NCBI GenBank assembly: GCA_964016885.1
Contig: OZ024743.1
Span: 154,938,001-155,002,000, forward strand
DNA: 64,000 nt
Source: Eledone cirrhosa
Lineage: Eukaryota
Reading direction: 5' to 3'
Of this stretch, positions 28,633 through 43,320 are shown piece by piece (position 1 is the first letter of the stretch; each line of letters opens with the position of its first letter). Under the pieces are notes generated by a model. It made no database searches. It had not been told where the DNA came from and saw nothing but the letters and a program-made list of their open reading frames with translations. Made by a program: the position numbers and the translations under genes.

Positions 28633-29859
28633 TTACTAATAAATAATGGAATAGAAAGGGCTGAAGAAATAGTCATTGATGAATTACTAAACCAGAAACA
28701 ACTTCAAGATACGTCCAATATTCTTCCTTATTTCTCAACACACAACCCAAGAAATGCGGAAGCTTACAACACTATTCACAAGAATATCCCACTATTGAAA
28801 CAAGACCCAAGAATGAAAAAAGCCCCTGAAACACACAAAATAATCAAAAGCAAAAGACAACCGAAATCACTAAAAACATTATTCACCAATGCCAAATTAC
28901 CTACCACGAACCCACAACCAATTGTCAAAAAATGTGGTCGCACTAATTGTGGAACATGCACTCACCTCATTGAAGGCAACACGTATACATTTCTATCAGG
29001 ACACAATTTTGCTGTAAAAAGTCACTTCACTTGCTCATAAAAAAATCTTCTTTATGCCATAAAGTGTGAAGGATGCAATGAAGATTATATTGGACAAACT
29101 AAACTCACATTCAGAAACAGATTGACAGTTCATCGCCAACAATTACGAGAACCTACCACAAGACAGATACCACTCAGTGCACATCTAGACATATGCGCAA
29201 GTAATAAACACCCAAATTCCAAGTCTTGCTATTTTACCTTTGCGCTGACAATACAAAAGAACAAATACAAATACATAAGGAAAATATGTTTATTCAAAAA
29301 TATAGACTAGCATTAAATATAGTTTAATATACATTATGTCAACACTATAGCATGCTAACCATCGAAACAGACACATACACACACACACACATAACACCTA
29401 CTTTAGAAAATAGAAACCATAACTAAATAAACCTTAACATACTTTAATACTCTAAAACCTTAACATGTTAACCCCCCCCCCGAACAAACACATAACTCCC
29501 TCCCCCATTCCTACCATCGGAATCATTTTCCTACACACACACACACACAATATATATATATATATATTCTCTCCATCTTAACATGCTCACAATACTCCAA
29601 CACACACATGACACCCATACACACCCACACACAACTCCCTCCCCCATTTCTACTAATATAATCATCTTCCTGCACACACACACATAAACATACATATCTC
29701 TACTTTCTTTATTTCAATAGAAAGTCTGAATTTTGACACCCCAGCACACCAGCCATATTCACTGAACCGGAACAATTCTCCCCATCCCTTTTTTCTTGAC
29801 CATTATCTTTTGTTTGGCACAAAATTCTCTAAAAGTCTACAAATTAAATTCCTAAATAC

Positions 29860-30340
29860 GGGCGCGAATGTAATGTACTTGTTCACGTGACAGTCATAAT
29901 TTCATTTATAACCAATCAAATTACATTTCAGCACATCAGTCATATTCAGAACAACTCTCTCCATTATTTTTTCTTGAACATTAGCTTTTGTTTTGCACAA
30001 AATTCTCTAAATGGCTCCAAAAAAATTCCAAAATACGAGCGCGAAATTGAATGTACTTGTTTACGTGACAGTCATAATTTCATTTATAACCAATCAAATT
30101 ACATTTATAAAAAAAAAAGCCTTCGTGAGCAACCTCTTTTTTAAATAAAAATAAATTCAAACACAAACTGGCGCAAAAGCTGATGTGCTTATTCACGTGA
30201 CTGCATCACCCAACCAAACTTCACTCATATATGAAAAACCAACCTGTGCCCCTCCCTCCTTTTTTGAGGCAAATATTATAAGAACTTTGTAAGCGAACTG
30301 GCGCGAAAGTTATTATACTTATTCACCTACCAAACCAATT
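29860..30340 (+). promoter_or_regulatory. Repeated GGCGCGAA / TCACGTGAC / CCAATCA module in PLE terminal repeat (putative promoter)
   Basis: Four modules at about 29861, 30037, 30169 and 30299. Same array at 60553-61040. Confidence 0.5.
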
Positions 30341-30444
30341 ACTTCTCTAAAAACCTAGCATTTCGAGACACTTTTTGCATATAAAACAGAAGTAATATTC
30401 AACACCAACCAGATGTGAGAAAAACCACAAACCCTCAACCTCAA

Positions 30445-30485
30445 TTCTGTTGAAAAGCAGAATATCTGCGAAACCGTTTAAGGAA
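30445..30485 (+). ncRNA. Variant hammerhead ribozyme (U3/A8 core), Neptune-like PLE
   Basis: TTGAAAA-GCAG aatat CTGC-GAAA-CCGT-TT-AAGGAA. Homologues at 25429-25472 (-), 33745-33788 (-) and 61149-61192 (+). Confidence 0.55.
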
Positions 30486-30612
30486 CCAAATAAATATATA
30501 ATAAAAAAAAAGACTCCAGCTGCATTTTCGATTTCATCTTTTTTCCTTATACTTTCAATCGTGTAGGACACCTCGGTTTCCTTCTCATTTTGTAAAAAAC
30601 CCTCACTTTCTA

Positions 30613-30662
<50 letters not shown>

Positions 30663-31799
30663 TGTAGATTATGTTCCCAGAAACATTTTGAAATAATGAA
30701 ATCTAAGGATATCCTATTAAATAAGCGACAAGTATTAATTATATCGTGCAATCATAGAATTAGAAGAACTTTCAAATATTAGAAACCTAATTAATATACA
30801 CTTATATTTTACAAATTATTATAATTAGGTTTTTGTTTTTATTTAGTTAACCTATAATTAGTATTTTACTACTGAGAACTTCATAATTTTATTTCTCTTT
30901 TGCGGCTATACTTTCCTAAAATTAATACCTATAAGCATATTTTAATTTCCTGTTATGAATCTAAATTCCTTGTAGTCTATATAAGTTTGTTATTTCTCAC
31001 TAAAACATTTATCCCCCAAAAATGTTTTTCCTTCGTTTTAACAACATTCTTTAATAATATCTAACTCTTATTTATCACATGTATATGAATTAATATCAAT
31101 TTATCCCTATATGTATACCTATCAATTAAATTAATTTAATTTCTTTTTATAGATCTAAATTCCTTATGTTTTAAATAAGATTTGTATTTCTCACTAACAC
31201 ATTTATCCTAAAATGTTATTCTCCTTCGATTTTAATATTAGCATTATTCTTTAATAACATCAAATCTTCGTGTACCTTTCACCGGTTTGACCTCTTTTCA
31301 TCCCCAAAGTAATATTTTCATTCAAAGTATTCTTTCCATTCAAAACTGAAGTCTGCATTTCTCTACCCCTAAATTAAATTTCTACTACTACTATTCTATC
31401 AACTTGACCACTTACTACTTTTCTATTGGTCAATTCAAAACCTGTTCCCAAACAGACCTATTATATTACATCTTTGTTGGGTTTTTTCAATAAACAAATA
31501 TCATTAATTCTGAAGACAGCATATATATGTGTAGGTATGTATATTCCCTCTGATAGTTTGTAAAATGTTTACATAGATCTATATGATATACAAACCAACA
31601 CACATATATATCCTAGAAACGATCGTAAAACTATGATTTTTTTAATCATTGTTTTTATTATTTCTTTTTATTAATTTATCTTGACTCTGTTTTCCTGTGA
31701 TTTTCATCGAAAACAATGTTGAATACATCTTTTCTTTTCATGATATTTGGAGTTCTTCATACAGATTGGACACTACCGTATATTTTGGTAAATGTATCT

Positions 31800-31859
<60 letters not shown>

Positions 31860-32411
31860 TTATTTATATATATATATATACATGTATATGTGTCTGTGTG
31901 TATGTGTGTGCGGGTGTGTATTATATGTTTACAACATGGATTATAATTTCTAACACCTGCAATTATCATGTTAACACCTCTTACTATCATAAGGCTTAAT
32001 ATTGATAACCTTACTCATTCACAAATGAATGCCTATCTGGGTACATATGTGAATTGTTCACTTACAACTCCAATACTACCGCAAAATGAATAGTGATAAC
32101 ATTAACCCTACTGCCACTAAGGTCAACTAGATCACCAAGAACGAAACACCCCTCTAGGTTTATACTGTTATTAGAGTTGGCTGTTAAAATAAACATAACA
32201 CATCGATCTGTTTCTGGGACAACTGACCTACATAATTCAATTGAAGATGTTAATTTTTACTGTGGCTTGAATTCGTTCATTCAAAATCATATGACAACAG
32301 TTCTTTGAAAATACAGCACCATACTTTGGGACAGGGCATATCTAACGACCGAAATAACCGAAGTAAGCTTTGCTCCATCATTATCTTTTTATATTTGTTC
32401 CTGTTCTATTT

Positions 32412-32475
32412 CTAGCTCCCTGATGAGGTCGTAGCTGTTGAATACTGGTAATCACCGAAATATATATTACAGTGA
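32412..32475 (+). ncRNA. Degenerate hammerhead motif
   Basis: CTGATGA-GGT..ACC-GAAA-TATATA. Stem I poorly paired. Confidence 0.45.
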
Positions 32476-32523
32476 ATATGAATAAACGGAGTTATTTTAA
32501 CATTTTGATTTACACTTCTTGTT

Positions 32524-32697
<174 letters not shown>

Positions 32698-32775
32698 TAT
32701 ATTTATATATATATATATGATAAATATCTATATATCTATATATCCATATATGTAATATATGTATAAAATATAATG

Positions 32776-32830
<55 letters not shown>

Positions 32831-32837
<7 letters not shown>

Positions 32838-33265
32838 GTTTGGAGTTGGAACGTCAAGACAATGCAGGTATGGATATAGAATATAAATGCAAATGCAAAA
32901 GATATTGTTGACAATTAGTCTTTTACCTTAAATTTATTTAAATATCCTTAACTTTCGAGATAATATCTCTTCATCGGAGTGAAGTAAAGGGGTTACTCCA
33001 GTGTTCTAATTTGCTTGCCAAGTCATGCTGACAGGAAATGGTAAGCTAATTAGAACACTGGATTTAACCCTTTACTTCCTCCGAAGATGAGATATTATCT
33101 CGAAAATTACGGATATATAAATAAATTTAAGGTAAAACACTAATTGTCAACAATATCTCTTGCATTTGCATTTGTAGTCTATATACATACCTGCATTGTC
33201 GTGGGATTCCAACTCCAAACGTTTATACCTCATTACGCAATGCTTTAGGTAAGCTACAACTTCCT

Positions 33266-33268
<3 letters not shown>
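32831..33268. repeat. Foldback element, about 190-bp arms, HHR motif in each arm
   Basis: 32831-about 33020 inverted versus about 33038-33227. CCGAAGA-T-GAGAT att ATCTC-GAAA at 33077-33113 (+) and mirror at 32945-32980 (-). Confidence 0.82.
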
Positions 33269-33309
<41 letters not shown>

Positions 33310-33312
<3 letters not shown>

Positions 33313-33597
33313 CAAAATATTAATATGGTTCATTGAGTACTCAATGAATATAGTTTTACAATAGATTAAAAGCACTCTACTATGATTTTCTGGAGTTATT
33401 GTTATTCAGAATAATAATAAATGAAGACATTCACATAATCAAAATATATATTTTATTATATATATTTAGAAGGTACTGTGCTGTAAATTCTGACGAGGAT
33501 GTACTGAAAAAACACCACTGTACCTTCGAAATATATACAATAAAACATATGTTTTGATTATCTGAATGTCTTCATTTATTATTATTCTGAATAATAT
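33310..33597. repeat. Foldback derived from the tail of the 55.5-58 kb Naiad-like family, with HHR
   Basis: 33310-33478 is the inverse of about 57775-57992. CTGACGA-GGA..TTC-GAAA-TATATA at 33490-33545. Confidence 0.75.
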
Positions 33598-33619
33598 ATA
33601 TATATATATATATATTAGA

Positions 33620-33820
33620 AAGTGGGGAATATTTACAAAATGAAAAACAACCGAGGTGTCCTACACGAGGGAAAGTATAAAGAACAAAGGATGAAATCGA
33701 ATATGCAACTGGGGTCTTTTAAACAATTATATATATTTATTTGGTTCCTTTACCGGTTTCGCAGTTCTTCTGCTTTTCAAAAGTAGAATTGAGATGGAGA
33801 GTTTGTGGTTTTTCTCACAT
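33620..33820 (-). mobile_element. Solo terminal fragment of the Neptune-like PLE
   Basis: Reverse complement of about 30410-30607. Contains HHR 33745-33788. Confidence 0.8.
33745..33788 (-). ncRNA. Variant hammerhead ribozyme (U3/A8 core), best-preserved copy
   Basis: Minus strand: TTCTACTT-TTGAAAA-GCAG aagaa CTGC-GAAA-CCGG-TA-AAGGAA. Confidence 0.68.
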
Positions 33821-33870
33821 ATATACACACACACACACAGAGAGACACACACACACTCACATACACACAC

Positions 33871-33971
<101 letters not shown>

Positions 33972-34024
33972 TTGAAACAGTGAGCAGGTTTGAAGTTAGA
34001 AAATAGAATAGCTTTCACTGTATT

Positions 34025-34280
34025 ATTTGACTAAATAAATGTTAGTCTAATAATGGGGTTTAGAACCCTTAGATAAACTTGTCATTTGTATTCGCTAAGA
34101 ATGTAGCTTCTAATTTGAATGGAAAGAGATGGGTGATGTGTTGGTGTAAATGGTAGCACAATTGTCTGGATAACAAAACATATGGGTTCGACTCCCAAGT
34201 ACGTAAATACTCATCTTTTACCATTTATCTGAGGGTTCTAAACCCCATTAGCAGACTAAAATTTCTTTAGTAGAAAAATA
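34025..34280. other. Inverted repeat enclosing a tRNA-like Pol III head (34135-34205, +)
   Basis: Arms AATGGGGTTTAGAACCCT..AGATAAA / TTTATCT..AGGGTTCTAAACCCCATT. A box TGGTGTAAATGG, B box GGTTCGACTCC. Confidence 0.55.
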
Positions 34281-34288
34281 AGGAGAGA

Positions 34289-34319
<31 letters not shown>

Positions 34320-34326
34320 CATATCA

Positions 34327-35348
<1,022 letters not shown>

Positions 35349-35359
35349 ATATATATATA

Positions 35360-35422
<63 letters not shown>

Positions 35423-35719
35423 ATATATATATATGTAAATGTATGTGTGTGCGTGTGAATGTATGTCTCTATACATGTATATATATATATATATATACGT
35501 GTGTATATATATATATATATATATGTGTGTGTTGGTGTGTAATGACAATGATAATAAAAGTACGCACCTGATATATTTTAAAAAGAGGTAACCGTATAAC
35601 ATGTATAAGAAATTGGTGTTTACCGAAACTTTCTTGCTCTTACGTTTTCACAAAAATTATTTTGTTCATTCGATGTTTTTCGCCCGTGTGGTTTCGGTCG
35701 CTCTTTCCTTGCCAAATTA

Positions 35720-36545
35720 AAGCCTACAACTTATTTTTAAAGATACTAATAATAAAAAGAAACCCAAAATTAGAAACTGACATTTTTCTCAAACCCACCA
35801 ACTCCCGCCAGATCATCCTCTACACATTTGCCATCCAGCTCATACACAAACTAATATTTCACGTAATCTAGCTAAACGAATCTGCACAATAATTTCACAC
35901 ACAATAACGAGGGATTACAGACTAGTGAAAATACCCTCTAAATATAATCGAAGAAAGCATATCGAAAAGTCAAAAAAAAAACAAAAAAAACAAACTAGTA
36001 TTCAAGGCATCCGAGAAACCACATCAACAAGTGAAAAAAGTGTCTTAAAATACATCTCAACCTTCAACCGTAAAACACAGAATAGTGTTAACTCATTAGC
36101 AAAATACTACCAAGGGAAAAGTTGCAAACCACAATTACAGGAAATCATATGAAAAGATGTAACAGATCTCATTGCGAAATGAGCAATCACTTCCTGGAAG
36201 GCCATGAATTACAATTCAGAGACGGATCCTTTTCAAAATTAAGAAACAACCTTTCGTGCAACATGGAACCTGCCGTGGTCATAACCTGCCGAGGTCGCCG
36301 TAACATTATTTAGTACCGATAGAGTTAACACTCTGACAAAGAATGGCTGTCCGCAGACAACAAAGTAGAAAACAATAACCTAGAAAAATGGCCCTAAACA
36401 AACATATGGAAGAATGCGAAGGAAAATATTACCGAATTTTGATGTTTTCCCCTCGTAAGATTATAATTATTAAATCACTGAGCAAGCGAGAATTTATAAA
36501 GATGCTCATTAAAAATATTGAAGCCAAGCTTGAATTCGCTTGCAA
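35720..36545 (+). mobile_element. Highly degraded Neptune-like PLE fragment
   Basis: FLKILIIK..ETDIFLKPTNSRQ and downstream remnants resemble the 28-29 kb copy. Confidence 0.65.
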
Positions 36546-36589
36546 CATTATATATATATATATATATAATTTTAATATAGATGGAATTC

Positions 36590-37429
36590 TAAAGGACTAG
36601 AACTGTTTCATTCTTTAGAAATCATCAGGAATCTGTCCGTCGGATTTCCAAGTTATAGTCTCCAGATCATCACATATCCTCCTCCATGTTTAACAGTTGG
36701 AAGAGGGCTGTCTGGGTCAAATGATTCTTTTGGCTGTCTCCACACGTATAGTCGGCCGGTGGTCGGAAATAAGGTAAAAGATGACTCGTCCGAGAAAATA
36801 TCATTCTTCCACTGCTCTAGGGACCAATTATGTAGGTTTTTACTCCACTCTAAACGCTTTGCAACGTTTGTTTTTGAAAGTAGTGGTTTTCTCATTGCAG
36901 CCGTCTCGTGAAATTCGGCTTTGTGCAGCTCCCGGCGAACAGTTTTTGTGGAACTGGGTTCTCGAAGTGGTCAGTAAGTTCTGCAGTAATTTTGGGAGCT
37001 TTACTTTTGTGATCCTTTTCTAACAATTCGCGTAAGAGTCCGACCGTCCCTATCTGAAAGTTTTCGTTTCCTTCCGGAGTTTTGTTTCGACGAGGAGGTT
37101 TTTCCCGCTTTCGCAAAGGCTGTCATTACTTTTAAGACAGTACTTCTTGATACACCAAACATTTCGGGTGCTTTCGTTACGCTAGCGCCTGCCATACGAG
37201 TATCAACAATTTGACCTCTTTGAAAGTCCGATAGATGTGTCATTTTAACGAATTTTAATTACCTTGTTCTGATGATATCTGAAACGAAACAGCAATTTTA
37301 ACAAAACATATTAAGCAACACTAATAATAAATTTAAAAAAACATAAAAATAAACAATCTTTTGACGGTTTTATAGATATTTCAAAATTATGATGCTATGA
37401 AGCTAGGTGTTTCCATTATTTTATCCAAG

Positions 37430-37434
<5 letters not shown>
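36590..37434 (-). mobile_element. Tc1-like DNA transposon, 3'-truncated
   Basis: HTH (LSDFQRGQIV..GVSRSTV..SGRKRKL), RKPLLS, FSDES, TVKHGGG. One TIR at 37405-37434 next to TA. Confidence 0.9.
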
Positions 37435-37462
<28 letters not shown>

Positions 37463-37465
<3 letters not shown>

Positions 37466-39968
37466 ACCTCATCATCATCAACATTTTACGTCCGCATTTT
37501 TCCGGCTTCCAAGTGTGGGACAGGTCCTATTCAGCACAGCATCTCTCCACTTGTCACGGTCCTTCGTGAGTATCAGCGATCTGAGGTCTGCTCTCATCCC
37601 CTTCCACCCAAGTTGTTCGTGGTTTTCCACTAATGAGTCTTCCTTCTACTGGGATTTCTTGACACATCTTCACCCAGCGGTCACACTCGATGCGCATCAC
37701 ATGGCTATACCACTTCAGCCTTCTCTCCTGCGCACCACAACTTATCCCTCTTATAACCAGTTTCTCCCTCAACTCATCTATGGTTGGTCGTTCACGCACA
37801 TTGACATTGCACATCCAACAGAACATGCTTGCTTCATATCTCTCCAGCCGTCGCATATCCTCTGCAGTTGCTGCCCATGTCTCACTATCATGCAGCATTG
37901 TGCATCTCACACAGGCATCATATTACCGGCCTTTCGTACGCAGGGAGAAATCCTTCTTTGTCAACAGAGGAAGCAGCTCCCTAAACTTTTTCCACCCATC
38001 CTTGTCCGAGATAATATGGCCTCGGTGCACCCGCCTCCCATGCTAATCTTATCACCTAGGTACCGGAAGCTATCAACCACTTCTATAGAATCTACCCGCA
38101 TTTGAAAGAATGTGTCTATCACTGCGATTACTACTGTCAACTTTCCCTGTACATCTACTGCATTCATAGTTTTCCCTATCTGTTAATTTGCCTACTATCC
38201 CACTACATCTCTTGTGTACGCAAGATCTGCATTACGTATATTTTATAGAATTTATGCCAGTTCATTTTCTACATATCGAACATGGCCATTTCCTGATGAA
38301 ATCAGAGTGTTGTCCTCTTTTCTATTGATCAACATTTGTCGTAGCTATGTTCAACCTCAGTCCTATTGATTCCAACTGCTGTTTCCATAGCCAGAATTTC
38401 TTCTCTAGCTCCTCTGCTGATTGTGCTATAAGAACCAGATCATCAGCATACAGAAGTTTCCATGGGCATCCAGTCTTACACTCCTCTGTTATGGCTTAGA
38501 GGACTATAATGAACAAGAGCGTGCTGAGGACCGAACACTGATATACACCTACATCTATCTGGAATTCGTCACTAAACTCCATTCCTACTCTCACACTACT
38601 GACAGCACCTCCGTACATAGCTTGCACTGTCCTCACAAGCCATTCCTCTACACCTAGTTTCTTTAGGGACCACCAGATGTCAGATAGAGGTACCTATCAC
38701 AGGCCTTCTCTAGGTCAACAAAAACTAAGTATAGTGTATTATTCTCCTCTAAGAAACTCTCTTGTTGTCGTCTCACTAAGAAGAGGGCATCTGTTGTACT
38801 TTTCCCAGGCACAAAACCAAACTACTTCTCATCTAATTTGATCCTTTCTCTAATCAGGTGGGCTAATATCGTCTCTGCCACTTTCATAACCTGATCCACA
38901 ACCAGGTTACTCTCTGTCTGGTAGGAGCTCTGCTCCAGCCACAAGTTACTTCAGTAGCCTGCAGTAATTTGTCACGTAAGAAATTACAGTTATCATCTAT
39001 GTCATACGACGCTAAATCGTCTTCTATTTCGTCATACACTTCTTGAAGGGCTTTCCTAAATTTATATTTTAGTGAATAGTCTTTTAGCTTCCAGACCTTT
39101 CTTATCCACACCTTCATGTATGTCCCATTCTGTCTCTTGCTTACTGAGATGTCACTAACGACTATGCTATGCTGTGAGATACATTCTTTCCCGGGGAAGC
39201 AGGAAGTCAATTTGGCGAATTCATCCATCCTGGAGCTGTCCAACAAGACCATTGAAGTCCGTTGCTAGCATAACGATGTCTCCGCCCTCTGTCATTGTGG
39301 CTGTCGGTAAAAGTTGCTCGTAAAAGTAGTTTTTCTCTTCTTTATCTAGGCCTGCCTGGGGAGCATAAGCAGAGATGATTGTCAGTAGTCTCTTGCTTAC
39401 AACTATTCTAAGCTTAATTATTCTATTACTAACTCTAACTACCTGTATTGTCATACCGATCCGTTTCTCAGCCAGTACAATGCCCACCCCACCCAACCCA
39501 TCATCATTACCCACCCAGAGATGCTTATAATTAAGATGTTTGCCTGCGATTAATCTTGCAGCAGTACCTCTCCATGTCACCACTTGCACGCAGCACACAT
39601 CCACACTCCTTCTCTTCAGCATCTCCAATATCCTACCAGATCTACCTGTTAGAGCGCCAACATTAAGTGTGGCAACTCTGCGATGCGGCGTCTTTATATT
39701 CTTGTTCTTGTTTCTCTTGTGAGATTGATTGATGACGGTCGGTGGGTTGTCGCACATGGCCGCACAAGCGACCCCACTACAAAGCGCAGCCCTAAGACGG
39801 TTACTGTTATTGCTGTTTACGCAGTTGTTGCAATTCTCATTTGTTGAGCTCATAGTTTTTGGCAGTAGTATATATACTGGTTGGATGCACTTCCTAACAC
39901 CAGCACCACTTTACAGCATTGACTGTGTGCTTCTATTCGTGCCACCAGCACTAGAGAGGTTGTCTTAC
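37463..39968 (-). mobile_element. RTE-clade LINE, degraded and internally deleted
   Basis: APE motifs (VATLNVG, DVCCVQ, ISAYAPQ), RT LLYADDL near 38440, FRYLG, RRLKWYSHVMR, (GAT)n tail after GGACGTAAA. Confidence 0.9.
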
Positions 39969-39971
39969 AGG

Positions 39972-40041
<70 letters not shown>

Positions 40042-40059
40042 GTATATATATACATAAAT

Positions 40060-41235
<1,176 letters not shown>

Positions 41236-41318
41236 GGAGGTGAGTTTTATTGTAGTACAATAAAGCAATGCAGATATCGGATAAGAAGCACTCTACAGTT
41301 TGTGGGACTGGAGTATGC

Positions 41319-41646
41319 ATAATATAAGATCAAAAGATGGTTAAAGGAGTTCAATATATTTTATTATGCGCATTTCAAAAACAAACATCATCAAACAATA
41401 ATATTTGTGTTTTCATCAGATAAAACAGGAGAACATGATATGAAGGCTAAAAAACACCTGTTGATAGTGCAGTTTTAAATCAACATATGTTGATTTAAAA
41501 CTGCACTATCAACAGGTGTTTTTTAGCCTTCATATCATGTTCTCCTGTTTTATCTGATGAAAACACAAATATTATTGTTTGATGATGTTTGTTTTTGAAA
41601 TGCGCATAATAAAATATATTGAACTCCTTTAACCATCTTTTGATCT

Positions 41647-41654
<8 letters not shown>
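41319..41654. repeat. 336-bp spacerless palindrome
   Basis: 168-bp arms centred on CATATG (41484-41489). No mismatch seen. Confidence 0.92.
41547..41615 (+). ncRNA. Hammerhead ribozyme (mirror copy at 41358-41426, -)
   Basis: GTTTTAT-CTGATGA-[about 14-bp stem II]-GAAA-TGCGCA-TA-ATAAAAT. Confidence 0.78.
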
Positions 41655-41693
<39 letters not shown>

Positions 41694-41742
41694 CATGCAT
41701 ATATATTGCATTGGTTCGAGAACGTAAGCATATGATGCTACG

Positions 41743-41868
41743 AATCAGTCTGATGAGATCACAGCCTTATCAATTAACGACTTCGCTTGTTCTGATTCTA
41801 AATATACTCCGTCATTCTGAAGTGGAAAAAAGTATGTAGAGTGATTGAAATGCATTGCATCAATGATT
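41743..41868 (+). ncRNA. Hammerhead-like motif with long stem II insertion
   Basis: AATCAGT-CTGATGA-GATCAC..about 78 nt..GTGATT-GAAA-TGCATTGCA-TC-AATGATT. Confidence 0.62.
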
Positions 41869-42020
41869 ACTGTATATATTGTACACATACACACACACAC
41901 ACACACGCACACACTTAAAAACAAACACAGACACACATATATAAGTAAATAGAAATATACATATCTATATTTCTATGTATGTCTCTCTCTCTCTCCCTCT
42001 CTCTCTCTCTCCCTCTCTCA

Positions 42021-42074
<54 letters not shown>

Positions 42075-42076
<2 letters not shown>

Positions 42077-43320
42077 TTATTAGGATTTCCTTCCAATGGC
42101 TCAATGGCTCAGTAAAGTTGCTTTTAATTCATCAACTGTTTTATGGAACGTTCAATATACTGAAATGTCCTAGAGGAGGACACATTTATTTTGTCCAGAA
42201 CCTCGGTATGTGGTCTCTTAACCAACCTTGTGTGACATTTGCTGTATGAGAGTTCTCTCCATCCCGACGGAAGGTACACAGATAATGATTACCAATAGTA
42301 TCAGTTGCAGAAGCAAGCATAGGTTTCAGAATATCGTTTATGTAAGATTGGGGGCTGAATTTTGTCCGTTCTTCCACAAAAATGTGGAAACTTCCAAAAT
42401 GATGAACGAGCCCTGCCTACCCCAGACATTAACACCAGCTGGTTTCATTGCTGATGCTTTTTCCCCAGTGTCTCGACCAGTTCTTCATTGTTTGTCATCT
42501 CAACAGTTAAAATCTTTTCATGTGACTCGACAGTTTCTCCCGACATGCTACATTTAATTTCTTCAAGCAAATCCTTGCTTCACTCTAGCCTATTTTGTTT
42601 CGTCTTATTTTTTCAGAAAGAGTTTGTCTCTTCTGAAGGGTGCAAGAAATCATTCCCAAATCATCATTGATGATCCTTCTCACTTTCTTAGGGATTACTC
42701 TGAACACTTTCGGCATTTTTCTCATTGGCCTTTTCAGATTTCTTTTTATCTCTTTTCCATGACTTTAAAGAGTATAGGAGTCCGTTCACGGTCTTCCCTA
42801 TCCTTCGAATCTGCATGTTTTTTTAAATGCTTTACATTTTTCCAAACATTAGATCTTGCAACCGAAATTAATCTTGCAATATGTTAATCTGACTTCTCTC
42901 CGTGATGAAGTTTGAGTATCATTTGATGATATTTTCAAATGTTTTAGGAAATGCTACAAAGTCCTATATATTTGAATAGACTAATGTTTCAAACCGAAAA
43001 TAAAGAAGATTAATGAAATAAATTTTGCTTAGACAATGAGTGCATCAATGGGAGATAATATATGTCAGCGAACTAATGATTTGCTGTCAATGTGATCTAC
43101 ATTGTAAATCTCAATCAGCATAGTAACGTTTAAAACGTCTTTCAATATGGTTTTAGTGCATTGGTTTTGTGATTGTACATATGATATTTTATTAGGATGT
43201 TTATTTTCACGCTAAGGGAAACTTGAGAAATAAATCTGGAATAAATTAATAACTATTAAAATAAATAGGGAAAATAATTTATAAAAATAACTGATATTCA
43301 GGAAATTTATGGTGAACGCT
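42075..43320 (-). mobile_element. Tc1/mariner (maT/DD37D-like) transposon remnant
   Basis: YINDILKP..FRRDGENSHTANVTQGWL resembles the FQQDGAPSHTA..TQ.W catalytic segment. Heavily decayed. Confidence 0.7.

Larger units (their letters stand above)
25363..30607 (+). mobile_element. Neptune-like PLE, degraded, interrupted by Chapaev3 and a SINE; inverted terminal copy at 25363-25735
   Basis: LRPIVAGP, DVMNLYTTIPH, GTAMGSKVAPTYA, YLDD, Cys linker CGRTNCGTC, LLYAIKC..YIGQT. Confidence 0.9.

Noticed and set aside
34135-34205. Functional tRNA gene
   Set aside because: A and B boxes are present but the acceptor and anticodon stems do not pair well.
37407-38105. 232-aa plus-strand ORF
   Set aside because: Antisense shadow of the RTE LINE.
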